A DNA stretch of 64,000 nucleotides from contig MFKT01000001.1 in assembly GCA_001781125.1 (NCBI GenBank), forward strand, positions 3,630 through 67,629, given 5' to 3'. This document shows positions 35,115-44,915 of the stretch, in pieces; within the stretch, counting starts at the first letter, position 1; every line of letters begins with the position of its first letter. A model generated the notes under the pieces. It saw nothing but the letters and a program-made list of their open reading frames with translations, was not told the origin of the DNA and ran no database searches. Made by a program: the position numbers and the translations under genes. Source of the DNA: Candidatus Kaiserbacteria bacterium RIFCSPHIGHO2_01_FULL_53_29. GTDB taxonomy: Bacteria; Patescibacteriota; Minisyncoccia; Phycocordibacterales; UBA2100.

Positions 35115-36713
35115 TTAGAGCGCAAGCACTTGAGTCTGGGCACTTCCATACGGTCTCACAGATCTCAAGTAGTTGAGTGCGTACAGGAGAACGTTCTTGA
35201 ATATCTCAAGAATTTGTATTAGCGCCCCGTTTTGCTTCGTTGCATTGACCGGGACAGGGTTTCCGGCAAGGTCGGGAGATGTGAACGTCTGCTGCGAGAT
35301 CGGCGGCGCCATGATGATGGGACGGGCGGGTGGTGCGGAGGCGAGGGTATTGGGATTTTGTGCTGTCACGTCGGAGTTTCCCGCAGTATCTACGGAGCTC
35401 GAAACATCAGTCCCCGTTACGGCTTGCAGCTCCACAGAATTCAAGAGGTCGTTGTTGAGGGAGAGGGGCGTTGTTGTCGTCATGATCGGCTGATTGACCG
35501 GATCCATCTGATTTTCGAACTGCCGGATGAGGTCGAAGGCGGAGAGGCTGCTCGTCGCTGTCCTTGACCCATCGTTACTATTCAGATTGAGCGCGAGCGG
35601 TTCTCCGGTGGTCGTTGAGGTCGCGGTAAGAAGATTGAGGAGCGAATTCTGCGAAGAATTTGCCGGTGTCAGTAAATTTGCAATTGACGATTGAGTCCCC
35701 AATGCCTCCGAGGAAATGCTGGATTGCGCAGGAAGTATCGGTTGCGCAGAGGATTGAGGCTGTTGCGGAAGCTGCTGCTGCATCTGTGGTTGCTGCATTT
35801 GAGGTGGGGGCAGTGGCGGTGGAGGAGGTGGGGGTGGCTGCATACCAAGTGCTTGGCGAATTTGATCGGCAAGTCCGGAGGAGGGCGATCCGCGCTCTGG
35901 AGCAGGGAGAAAACCATTTCCGCTCCCGCCACTGTTGCATGCGCCGCATTGTCCATGCCTGCCCTCCGCATTTTGGAAATGACCCGGGTCCCATCCATTG
36001 ACGCCGGTAATGGTACGGAGTCCAGATCTGCCAGCGTTGGCGTGCATCCATGGCAACAGTGCCTTGTTTGCGTTGAAGTCGGCCGCGAGTCCGTAATTAT
36101 GGTACGACTGGCAAGGGCCTGCTTTTGAGGCCCTGCTGGCGACGAGACCGTTTTGTTTCTCGGGGCCTCTATATGCGTCCGTGATTTTTGGCGGGCCGCC
36201 AGGAACTGCTTCCATGAATTTTTTCAACTTTTCCGCGAATTGTGTGTTGAGGCACGAGATATTCGCGTCTTTAGTCGCATGCTGTCGCAGCCAGAGTTTT
36301 GCTTCTCCGGCAGCTTGGCCGGTATTCGGATCTTTCGTATTCCACGGCATGCCGACTTGCGGATCCGGTATGCCAGCTGACTCCATTTTCGGTATATCGG
36401 CCGCTGTCGCGGGTCGTGTACCGACTGGAGTGCTGCCAGAGGTTTCTGGGGGTTCCGGTGACAGTAGTGTTGGGATAGTGGATAGGCTATCTTTCCAGCC
36501 ACTACAGAGCTGGTGTTTTGTTCCGGGGGGCGGTGCGACGTTGTACATCACGATGGGTCCCCACCCTTTGTTGAGGAGGTCGTTGTACTCTGCGCTCTCC
36601 CACACGACATCTTTACACTCCGCTCTGACATACAGCGGAACCGTAACCACTAGGACTGCGACGATAAGAAAAAACACGAACACTCCAGTGTCGTTCAGGT
36701 CAGTTCGAAACAT
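35115..36713 (-). CDS. Secreted peptidase M15 (D-Ala-D-Ala carboxypeptidase-like) with Pro/Gln/Ser/Thr tail
   Basis: AYR..E.Q, SYHNYGLAAD, DPGHFQ; TATACT-N7-ATG. Confidence 0.8.
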   Translation of the reverse strand: MFRTDLNDTGVFVFFLIVAVLVVTVPLYVRAECKDVVWESAEYNDLLNKGWGPIVMYNVAPPPGTKHQLCSGWKDSLSTIPTLLSPEPPETSGSTPVGTRPATAADIPKMESAGIPDPQVGMPWNTKDPNTGQAAGEAKLWLRQHATKDANISCLNTQFAEKLKKFMEAVPGGPPKITDAYRGPEKQNGLVASRASKAGPCQSYHNYGLAADFNANKALLPWMHANAGRSGLRTITGVNGWDPGHFQNAEGRHGQCGACNSGGSGNGFLPAPERGSPSSGLADQIRQALGMQPPPPPPPPLPPPQMQQPQMQQQLPQQPQSSAQPILPAQSSISSEALGTQSSIANLLTPANSSQNSLLNLLTATSTTTGEPLALNLNSNDGSRTATSSLSAFDLIRQFENQMDPVNQPIMTTTTPLSLNNDLLNSVELQAVTGTDVSSSVDTAGNSDVTAQNPNTLASAPPARPIIMAPPISQQTFTSPDLAGNPVPVNATKQNGALIQILEIFKNVLLYALNYLRSVRPYGSAQTQVLAL

Positions 36714-36771
36714 ACAGAGAAGTATACAGAGAAAATCACTGCTCACTTCCGGCGACTGTACAAGTACTCAC

Positions 36772-38421
36772 TTATATTTGCACGGCTGCACGGCTTCCGA
36801 ACGGTTTCAAATACTCAAGCGCGAGGAGCAGCGTATCCCTGAAGATCGTAAGAATTCTTATGAGCACCGCATCGTTTTGCTTCGCTGCTGGTATATTGGC
36901 AGACACAGGAGCATTGCCAAGGTCGGGAGATGTGAACGTCTGCTGCTGCGAGATCGATGGCGCCATGATAATGGGACGTGTTGCTGGCGTCGCCGTCGCA
37001 TAGACGATGCGACCACTGATATTTTCGGGCGCTGTTGCATCCGAAGAAGGCCCAATGTCAATTGGAATATAAACATCAGTCCCCGTTGCCGCATTTAGTG
37101 CACGGGGGAAAGCAGCTTGCAGCTCCACAGAATTCAAGAGGTCGTTGTTGAGGGAGAGAGGGGTTGTTGTTGTCATGATCGGCTGATTGACCGGATCCAT
37201 CTGATTTTCGAGTTGCCGGATGAGGTAGAAGGCGGAGAGGCTACCCGTCGCTGCCCCCGACCCATCGTTACTATTCAGATTGAGCGCGATCGGTTCTCCG
37301 GTGGTCGTTGAGGTCGCGGTCAGAAGATCGAGAATTGAATTCTGCCCAGCTGAAATTGGTGAATTTGGTATCGTCAGGAGACTTGCGGGTGATGATTGAA
37401 TCGGTAGATTCGAAGAGACCGTCGGCTGTGTAGAAAGAGTTGGTTGAGCCTGAAGCGTTGGTTGAGTGGAGAGCGCCGGTTGTATCGACGACTGAGGCTG
37501 TTGGGGAAACTGCTGCTGTGGCGGCATCTGCGGTTGCTGCATTTGAGGTGGTGGCGATGGCTGCTGAGGCGCGGGCGGTTGCGGCGGGAGTTGAGGTTGT
37601 TGTCCCTGTCCGTTAGTTAGGCACTGCGATTGCTGGACCGTCCCGGGTGGCGCGATGACGGGAGGATTGAGACTCGTGAAGCACTCCGCGGTGTTCATGG
37701 CTGATGAACCCTGCGCCCAATCCCGTATCCCGCTCGTTATTCCGGAAGTAGGTGTGGTTTGAGATGTTTGAGGAGGTGGGGTGTTGGCTGGGGTACCCGC
37801 AACCCCACTGCATGACGGGCTGCGCATGTTCGTTGGTTGCATGTGCGGCCTGTCGCCCATGCCGAGCGGAAAGCCGACGCCAAATTGCGGACTCGCTCTC
37901 GCGAACGCATGCAGTTGCGCATAGTTGCCGCTTGCCGGATTCACGTCCATAGCCATTCCTATTTGGTGGTTGGAATTCGTCGCTCCTCTGGCCCTCGCAT
38001 TCTCCGTGCGGTCGCATTGGATGCTTGCAGGCGAGCGCGGCCCGCATCGGAAGGCCGACACGACAAAGATAGGCCCGTATTTCTGTGCGTATGCTTTGAG
38101 AAAATTAGCCGCGCACGTTGCAAACGCGTTGTTTAGCTTGTCGATACGACCTCCTGAGGTCGGTGGAGCTTTTGAATTCCGCAGGTCTCTCGCTATGCTC
38201 TGTAAATATGCTTTCGCTGCTCCGGCGTCGTTGGTGATTCCCGCTTTGGTATCACCGGGACAAACGGGTCTTCCCGGTAGAGCACCTGCGCGGACTTCAC
38301 CTGGAGTAGCCGTATGACCCGCCGAGCCATCAGCACAAGGACCTGCCGATTCCGTGAAAAGCGGGCCGAGGATCACTAGTGCAAAAGGGACGGCCAATAG
38401 GGCAGATACCTTGAGAGACAT
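36772..38421 (-). CDS. Paralogous secreted peptidase M15 protein with related tail
   Basis: SAFR, SNHQIGMAMD, DRPHMQ; TATACT-N6-ATG. Confidence 0.8.
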   Translation of the reverse strand: MSLKVSALLAVPFALVILGPLFTESAGPCADGSAGHTATPGEVRAGALPGRPVCPGDTKAGITNDAGAAKAYLQSIARDLRNSKAPPTSGGRIDKLNNAFATCAANFLKAYAQKYGPIFVVSAFRCGPRSPASIQCDRTENARARGATNSNHQIGMAMDVNPASGNYAQLHAFARASPQFGVGFPLGMGDRPHMQPTNMRSPSCSGVAGTPANTPPPQTSQTTPTSGITSGIRDWAQGSSAMNTAECFTSLNPPVIAPPGTVQQSQCLTNGQGQQPQLPPQPPAPQQPSPPPQMQQPQMPPQQQFPQQPQSSIQPALSTQPTLQAQPTLSTQPTVSSNLPIQSSPASLLTIPNSPISAGQNSILDLLTATSTTTGEPIALNLNSNDGSGAATGSLSAFYLIRQLENQMDPVNQPIMTTTTPLSLNNDLLNSVELQAAFPRALNAATGTDVYIPIDIGPSSDATAPENISGRIVYATATPATRPIIMAPSISQQQTFTSPDLGNAPVSANIPAAKQNDAVLIRILTIFRDTLLLALEYLKPFGSRAAVQI

Positions 38422-38459
38422 TCTCGAAGTATACAGAAGAAAAACTCCAGCCCCTTTTC

Positions 38460-39050
38460 CTATGTGGACTGTTTTGTCGTATTGCCCAGGCACACTCCGT
38501 CGGCCCAGAGACCTCGTTTAGCCGCTTGCGCTTCCTGTTCTGCTGCTTTGAATTCGGCTTGGTATTTGTACGGAAGGCGATAGGTGTATTCGTGGCCGAA
38601 GCCATTCTCGATCATGAATTTCTCGTAGTTTGTTCCATTGAGCAGAAAGACATAGGCGAGCGTACGGCCGTACTTATCATATGTATCTTGCGAAGCGTCA
38701 TATTCGAGTCGCACATACTGGCTGTCGAGAAGTTTGTGCCCCTCATCGGAAGCTTCGCGCGCAAAACATTGTACGGGTTTGCGCGGGTCGACAATCTCCG
38801 GCGTGTCGAGTCCGATAATGCGGATGCGGGTCAGTGCGGCGTCCATCACGACGTCGATCGTATCGCCGTCGATGACCTTGGCAACGGGGTAAACATCGGG
38901 CGTTGTGGTTGCAGGCTGTATCGTTGCAGCCGCAAGCGCGCTTTGCGCCGCTTTATGATTCGCAATCGGCGCAAGGGCGGTGCGGCCTGCAAGAATGGCG
39001 AGTGTAGCAAAAATCACCGCGGCTCCGTACAAAAGTGAACGCACATTCAT
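38460..39050 (-). CDS. Thermonuclease (SNase-like) family protein
   Basis: VIDGDTI, IRIIGLDTPE, DKYGRTLAYV, KRGLW. Confidence 0.94.
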   Translation of the reverse strand: MNVRSLLYGAAVIFATLAILAGRTALAPIANHKAAQSALAAATIQPATTTPDVYPVAKVIDGDTIDVVMDAALTRIRIIGLDTPEIVDPRKPVQCFAREASDEGHKLLDSQYVRLEYDASQDTYDKYGRTLAYVFLLNGTNYEKFMIENGFGHEYTYRLPYKYQAEFKAAEQEAQAAKRGLWADGVCLGNTTKQST

Positions 39051-39126
39051 TTCGAGATTATACGCATAAAAAATCGTGGGCGCGGCGGAGAGGTTCTACT
39101 CCCGCCGCGCCCGTTCGCGCCACCAG

Positions 39127-39693
39127 TCAGGCCGCAATGCCAAGTGCGGACAGAAGCGCGTGCCCCCTCTCATCGTCCGAAGGGGGAGGTTTCCAGGATC
39201 CCGGCTCGCTCTTGACCGTATGGCCGAGTGCCATCAGGAGGTCGATCGTGAGTGCCGCCGCGTCTGCAGTCATGCCGGGAGCAAAGGCGATCTGCTCCAG
39301 CGTGAGCGGGTTCTTGCCTTTCTCGCCGGGGATCACCGTTCTTTGTGTGACCTTTTTCTTCCCGACGATGTCTTCGACTGTCATCACGCCGATGAACGAT
39401 AGGGCGTTTCGCGCACATTCGCCGTGCTTCTTCAACTCCTCGTCGCTCCAGCGCGTGTTCAAGAGGATCACTCTTGTGAATGTGAACGCGAAGAACCCCC
39501 GAATCGGAGCATTTTTCAGGAGCTCGGGCCTGTTCGCTTCTTTCGTAGGCTTCAGCGTGTGGAGCTGGTTCGAGACGCATCTCGCGGCACTGACCAGCTC
39601 TAACCTATCGCGACGTTCTATCATTTTCCACCTCACATTTCGGACATCGGTGTCCGCCAATGAAACACTGCCCGAATGAGAAGCTCGTGTCAA
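39127..39693 (-). CDS. Hypothetical protein (start uncertain)
   Basis: Open frame followed by a GC hairpin near 39080-39110. Confidence 0.45.
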   Translation of the reverse strand: MTRASHSGSVSLADTDVRNVRWKMIERRDRLELVSAARCVSNQLHTLKPTKEANRPELLKNAPIRGFFAFTFTRVILLNTRWSDEELKKHGECARNALSFIGVMTVEDIVGKKKVTQRTVIPGEKGKNPLTLEQIAFAPGMTADAAALTIDLLMALGHTVKSEPGSWKPPPSDDERGHALLSALGIAA

Positions 39694-39742
39694 ACTTTCT
39701 GCATCAGTTGGAATATAACTAAATGAACGATACTATCATTTG

Positions 39743-41164
39743 ATGCGCTATATCTCGACGCGCGGAGGGGGCATTCCGCAGCCGTTTCTCAAAATACTGC
39801 TCGAGGGTCTTGCGCCCGATGGTGGTCTGTATGTGCCGGAAGAATATCCGAAACTCTTGGCCGAAGAACTTGAGGCGATGCGCAGCATGACATACCCCGA
39901 ACTTGCGTTTGCGATTCTCTCGAAATATATCGACGATATTCCGTCCGCTGACCTGCGGAAAATTATCTTTGATACGTATACAAAAGAGATATTTGGCAGC
40001 GAGACAATAGTGTCGCTTAAAAAACTCGAAGACAATCTCTATCTTCTCGGCCTCTCGGAGGGTCCGACGCTTGCATTTAAGGATATCGCGCTCCAGCTTC
40101 TCGGCAGACTCTTCGAGTACGCACTGGCATCCGCCGGAGGAAAAGACAAGGGAACTTTGAACATCCTCGGTGCGACGTCGGGCGACACGGGAAGCGCCGC
40201 GGAGTATGCGATGCGTGGGAGAGCAGGTATTCGCATCTTTATGCTCTCACCGCTCGGTCGTATGAGCGATTTCCAGCGCAAGCAGATGTACACGCTTCAA
40301 GATAAAAATATTTTCAATATCGCCATCAAGGGTACTTTCGATGATTGTCAGGATATTGTGAAGAAAGTGAATGAAGATGGGGAATTCAAGCACGCACACC
40401 ACCTCGGGGCGGTGAATTCGATAAATTGGGCCCGCATCCTTGCGCAGACCGTTTATTACTTTTGGGGATACTTTCGAGCGACGCGCGCAAATACCGAACA
40501 TGTCTCTTTTGCGGTGCCGACAGGGAATTTTGGTGATATCCTCGCGGGCTGTATCGCGCGGCGTATGGGTCTCCCTATCAAACACCTCATTCTTGCGACC
40601 AATGAAAACAACGTGCTCGAAGAATTCTTTACGACCGGTGTCTACCGCCCGCGCACCGGCGCGGAAGTTGCAGTTACGTCGAGCCCATCGATGGATATCT
40701 CGAAAGCGTCTAATTTTGAACGCTATGTATTCGATCTTGTCGGCCGCGATGCTTCCCGTATGCAAAAGCTCTGGAGTGACCTCGCAGAGAAAGGCGCGTT
40801 CGATATTTCCGGCTCGCCGGATTTTGCACGCATTCCGGCAACCGGCATCGTTGCGGGCAGAAGTACGCACGCTGATCGTCTTGCGACAATTCGCTCGGTC
40901 CACGAAAAATACGGCGCCCTCGTCGATCCGCATACCGCCGACGGAGTTACAACTGGACTCAAGCACCGCGAGGACAGTGTGCCTCTGATATGCCTTGAGA
41001 CCGCGTTGCCCGCAAAATTTGCCGACACCATCCGCGAAGCGATCGGTATCAATCCCGATTTGCCGGCAAGTTTTCAGACTCTTGCAACCCTTCCCGAACG
41101 ATTTGAGATTTTGGCTACGAACGTCGATCTAATCAAGAAATACATAGCCGCACACACCTACTAG
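39743..41164 (+). CDS. thrC: Threonine synthase
   Basis: MRYISTRG, GLAPDGGLYVP, GPTLAFKD, ATSGDTG, NSINWAR. Confidence 0.96.
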   Translation: MRYISTRGGGIPQPFLKILLEGLAPDGGLYVPEEYPKLLAEELEAMRSMTYPELAFAILSKYIDDIPSADLRKIIFDTYTKEIFGSETIVSLKKLEDNLYLLGLSEGPTLAFKDIALQLLGRLFEYALASAGGKDKGTLNILGATSGDTGSAAEYAMRGRAGIRIFMLSPLGRMSDFQRKQMYTLQDKNIFNIAIKGTFDDCQDIVKKVNEDGEFKHAHHLGAVNSINWARILAQTVYYFWGYFRATRANTEHVSFAVPTGNFGDILAGCIARRMGLPIKHLILATNENNVLEEFFTTGVYRPRTGAEVAVTSSPSMDISKASNFERYVFDLVGRDASRMQKLWSDLAEKGAFDISGSPDFARIPATGIVAGRSTHADRLATIRSVHEKYGALVDPHTADGVTTGLKHREDSVPLICLETALPAKFADTIREAIGINPDLPASFQTLATLPERFEILATNVDLIKKYIAAHTY

Positions 41165-41218
41165 TTGCGCATTACCAGAGCGAGTGAGAGACTAAAAGGA
41201 CTTAGCAACGTAAAAATA

Positions 41219-41752
41219 ATGAGTATGCCAGATGGAAGTACGAATGCGCCCGCTACGTCGGGCTCGGGGAACAAGATGTGGTACATTATCGGCGGCATTG
41301 TAATCCTGCTTCTGCTTGGATGGGTGCTGATGCGCGGCGCTCCATCCATGATGGGAGCGGCGGGAGTGAATACGGACCGGAATACGGACGGCTCAACCAC
41401 CTATAGCAACAGCGAAGGGAGCGTAACGGTCGGCGCCACCAGCATGCCGGACAACTGGCCCTCGGACGCCCCCGCCATCTACTCCGGCGGCACCATCCAG
41501 TATTCCGGTTCTTCGAATCCGCAGACGGGGCAAGCGGGCTCGGTGGTCGTGTATTCGGCGAAGGCAACGGTCTCGAGCGTCGTTGAGTATTACAAAGCGC
41601 AACTTGCACAAGCCGGATGGACACTCGAGGGTACGGCAAATTCCGCCGGAACTACGATAATTTCCGCCAAGAAGGACACGCGCACGTTTGGGATTTCTGT
41701 TGCAGACACCGGGACCGGGACGGTCCAGGTGACGGCGGGGATCGGGATGTAG
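41219..41752 (+). CDS. Membrane-anchored hypothetical protein
   Basis: N-terminal TM; P.NWPSDAP, YYKAQL..AGW. Confidence 0.7.
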   Translation: MSMPDGSTNAPATSGSGNKMWYIIGGIVILLLLGWVLMRGAPSMMGAAGVNTDRNTDGSTTYSNSEGSVTVGATSMPDNWPSDAPAIYSGGTIQYSGSSNPQTGQAGSVVVYSAKATVSSVVEYYKAQLAQAGWTLEGTANSAGTTIISAKKDTRTFGISVADTGTGTVQVTAGIGM

Positions 41753-41828
41753 CGTCTTTGGCTTTGGAGGTGGTAGAGGGGTATACCCCGTAGTAGAGCC
41801 TTGCTTCACTACAGGGTATACTTAAGGC

Positions 41829-42530
41829 ATGAGTCGCCTGTTCACGTACCTCGTCGCTCTGGTCGTCTTTCTCGGGGCGGGGTATTTTCTCGTGACTCGC
41901 TTGCAGGCGCCGCAGATCTCAACTGTTGCTACGACCACACCACAGGTGCAAGTGCAAGTGCAAGACAGCGTTCGAATTACGACGGCGAATGTGCAGGAAG
42001 AAACGCCGCAATACAAAATTGACGTGCAGTACCCGCAATTTGGGATGCCCGTTATTGATGCGCAGATAAAAAAGAATGTTGACGAGACAATAACCGAGGT
42101 CAAAGGCTTTCCCGCCAATCCGCCCGACTTGTCGAGCCCGCAAAATGAGCTCACGATGCGGTTTGATTCCGCGTATATCGGACCCGACGTGATAAGCGTC
42201 AAGCTCATCATTTCGCAGTACACCGGCGGCGCACACCCCAACACGCTCTTTAGCGGACTCAATTTCGACCGCGCTTCCAATCAGCAACTTCTTCAAGACG
42301 ATGCGTTCAAGATGATAGGACTCACGGTCGCTCAAGTGTCTGTGGCGGCGACCGAACAGCTCAAGTCCAAACTCGGCGAGGGAATGTTTACCGAGGGCGC
42401 CAATTCCAATCCCGGAAATTTCAGCTCGTTTGTGATCTCCGCCGAAAAAGTCACCTTTATTTTCCAACCATACCAAGTGGCCGCCTACGCTGCTGGTCCG
42501 CAGGAGGTATCGTTTGCGAGAGTGAAATAG
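41829..42530 (+). CDS. DUF3298 / RsiV-PdaC-like protein
   Basis: YTGGAHPN, F.PYQVAAYAAG; TATACT-N6-ATG. Confidence 0.85.
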   Translation: MSRLFTYLVALVVFLGAGYFLVTRLQAPQISTVATTTPQVQVQVQDSVRITTANVQEETPQYKIDVQYPQFGMPVIDAQIKKNVDETITEVKGFPANPPDLSSPQNELTMRFDSAYIGPDVISVKLIISQYTGGAHPNTLFSGLNFDRASNQQLLQDDAFKMIGLTVAQVSVAATEQLKSKLGEGMFTEGANSNPGNFSSFVISAEKVTFIFQPYQVAAYAAGPQEVSFARVK

Positions 42531-42563
42531 AAACCAGTGGGGCTGTATGGTATAATGGCTCGT

Positions 42564-42761
42564 ATGAAGCAAAAAAAGACGCGGACAAGTACTGGGAAAA
42601 AACAAAAAGAGGGATACGCACCGAAAGAACTTCATGCCCTGATGCATGCGTATATCGACGAGTCTGCTGAACAATTGCGCAAAGAACTACGGGCGGCATG
42701 GAAAAAGCAAGCCGTCCCTCGACGAGCTCGGCCTCGAGACCGACATGCAATTACAGTATAG
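42564..42761 (+). CDS. Small protein, possible antitoxin
   Basis: TATAAT-N7-ATG; overlaps the next ORF. Confidence 0.5.
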   Translation: MKQKKTRTSTGKKQKEGYAPKELHALMHAYIDESAEQLRKELRAAWKKQAVPRRARPRDRHAITV

Positions 42762-43095
42762 GGATCAAGCGCAGTTTGAGCTCCAATCGTTCGTCGATGC
42801 GTACAAGACTCTCTTTCGAGAGATCTATCTCGATTCAGGCTTGTGGAATGAGAAGCAAATTATAGAGGGGTATGCCGCGAACGCGCACAAAATCTACGAT
42901 AACATCACGAAGACAATCGACACACACCTTTCCGAATCCAGAGTGACTGGACGTAAGCGAGTGAAGGGCAACCGGTACACGATACTTTTGAATGTCGGCA
43001 GTCGGTTGGTCATTGTCTACTATTCGGAAGACAAAAAACAGAATATTCGCTGGGTCGAATCAATCTCCATCGACCGCAAGCCAATCATTTTTTGA
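42745..43095 (+). CDS. Possible RelE/ParE-fold toxin
   Basis: Size, overlap with the upstream small ORF, C-terminal RLVIVYY..IRWVESI beta pattern. Confidence 0.45.
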   Translation: MQLQYRDQAQFELQSFVDAYKTLFREIYLDSGLWNEKQIIEGYAANAHKIYDNITKTIDTHLSESRVTGRKRVKGNRYTILLNVGSRLVIVYYSEDKKQNIRWVESISIDRKPIIF

Positions 43096-43222
43096 TATTA
43101 AACAGCTACCAAGTCGGCCCTCATTACACCGGACCGCAGGAGGTTTTGTTCGATAGGGGAAAATAGCACTTTACAGGATAAGCGTTGGGTATACGATTGC
43201 GGTATTAGCGGCGTAACTTTTT

Positions 43223-43342
43223 ATGAGTATGGATGAATGTAATTGCGGGGAGCACTCGACGTGCAAGCCGGGCGATGAGAAGTGCACCGGATGCGGCAAG
43301 ACCTGCCCCACGAATCGTTCGAAGATAGAAGCGGAAGAGTAG
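43223..43342 (+). CDS. 39-aa Cys-rich metallothionein-like peptide
   Basis: MSMDECNCGEHSTCKPGDEKCTGCGKTCPTNRSKIEAEE; followed directly by a strong terminator. Confidence 0.5.
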   Translation: MSMDECNCGEHSTCKPGDEKCTGCGKTCPTNRSKIEAEE

Positions 43343-43353
43343 GAGGAATGTGT

Positions 43354-43392
43354 AACCAAAAGCCGCCGCGTCAGACGCGGCGGCTTTTGGTT
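43354..43392. terminator. Perfect hairpin terminator
   Basis: aaccaaaagccgccgcgtc-a-gacgcggcggcttttggtt. Confidence 0.8.
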
Positions 43393-43577
43393 TTGTGGAA
43401 ACTAGTGAATGACGTTAGAACCTTTGTCGAGGAAATCGAAAATACGACGTACATACTTGGTTTTGTGGAATTTGCAAAAACATGTGAGCAGAGGGTTGTC
43501 TAGCCAGGTTGTGGGAGTTCAGTAGAACCTACCCAAAAAGGTATATACTCGCCTAATAGATTAATAATTATTTGAAT

Positions 43578-43932
43578 ATGAATACAAATAATTATTTTAG
43601 GTATCGTAGTTGTCATTCTTGTTGGAGGAGGCATTTATTTTTATTCACAAAAGCAAAACACTTCTGCGGATGGCTGGTCGCAGTACACCAACGATTGGAG
43701 TATTACATTTAACCATCCTTCAGATTGGGAACGCACAGGGTTCGGTACTAAAGAAAGTGATGAGGCTACTTCGGCGATTCGTGTGGCAGGAGATGGATCA
43801 AGTGTCACATTCAACAAAAACGGAGAAGGAACTGCGCTTTCTGGCTGCAATGGAATGAGTGCCGTTGTCGTTGGCGCATCAGAAACTACAAATAAGATTA
43901 TTGCCTCGGTGAGATGTTCGATAGGGGAATAG
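43578..43932 (+). pseudogene. Frameshifted gene for a membrane-anchored secreted protein
   Basis: ATG 43578 is out of frame with IIILGIVVVILVGGGIYFYSQ..WSQYTN...FNHPSDW..; AT-rich. Confidence 0.5.
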
Positions 43933-44041
43933 AAACAAAACAAAGCCAGAAAAACTCTGTCCTGTCGATCTTTATAGAACCTTTATTCCGTAATGCTGCG
44001 CAAAACAGAATATGGAAGAACGTGAATAACATGTACTTATG

Positions 44042-44430
44042 TGGAGATGGCGAGAATTGCACTCGCGTCCAGAGAAGAGAATATGAACGATTCTACACAA
44101 CGTAGATTATTCTGAATTTTCGTCGCGGTGCATCAAGAACAATCAAAAGTGCATCGCGCTTACCTCTCTTTCTTGAAAGCAGTGCGCGGAGTGACGCAGA
44201 GCTCGAGTCAATTGATTATGGCGTTCGAATCAGAGCAAATGACAACTGCTGATTGAACGGTCGTTCGAGCTGTTTAGGCAAAAACGAGGCCGAGGTCTTT
44301 CGCCTGAATCGGAGAAAGAACCCCCCGTGCTACTTTGTTCGCACTTGAGTTTTGAGGCAGTTTAAAAAGATGCCACAACTTTGTTGCGCACAGACATATT
44401 CCTATTTCCCTGTCGAAACTGATCATCCCC
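44042..44430 (-). ncRNA. ssrA: tmRNA
   Basis: 5' GGGGATGATCAGTTTCGAC and 3' GGACGCGAGTGCAATTCTCGCCATCTCCA with a G3.U pair; tag ORF 44342-44274 ANKVARGVLSPIQAKDLGLVFA*; adjacent to smpB. Confidence 0.92.
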
Positions 44431-44474
44431 CACCCACGATTCTACGAGAGAATCATGGGTGGGGAAGGACAAGG

Positions 44475-44915
44475 TTATTTTTTCAACGTACGTTCGATCC
44501 GACGTTTCTCCTCACGCGCCCGTATGCTATGACGTTTGTCCTGGCTTTTCTTTCCGCGCGCGATTGCTATCAGGAGTTTCAGCTTTCGATTGCTATTGTA
44601 CACCTTGAGTGGCACAATTGTCAATCCCTTCTCACCCTCTGCCGAGGCAACGTGGGCGATTTCCTTGCGCGAGAGAAGCAATCGGCGCGTGCGCTCGGGG
44701 TCGTAGGATTTTGGCGCGTTCTTTATCTGCCATGCAGGGATACTCGCTCCCACAAGATATGCCTCACCGCCGCGCGCAACGACACGTGCGCCCTTTAAGG
44801 AACCCCGTCCGGCGCGCAGAGACTTCACTTCAAATCCGAGCAATTCCAGCCCCGCCTCGATCTCCTCGAGGATCGTATAGTCAAAACCAATTTTTTTGTT
44901 TTCAACGACGGTCAT
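44475..44915 (-). CDS. smpB: SsrA-binding protein
   Basis: EAGLELLGFEVKSLR, RRLLL, ARGKKSQDKR; TACACT-N6-ATG. Confidence 0.96.
   Translation of the reverse strand: MTVVENKKIGFDYTILEEIEAGLELLGFEVKSLRAGRGSLKGARVVARGGEAYLVGASIPAWQIKNAPKSYDPERTRRLLLSRKEIAHVASAEGEKGLTIVPLKVYNSNRKLKLLIAIARGKKSQDKRHSIRAREEKRRIERTLKK

Noticed and set aside
35422-37332. Diversity-generating retroelement TR/VR pair
   Set aside because: Mismatches are not adenine-specific, both copies are coding, and no reverse transcriptase is in the window.
43391-43430. Possible att duplication of the tmRNA 3' end (gtggaaactagtgaat versus gtggagatggcgagaat)
   Set aside because: Similarity is too weak to support.
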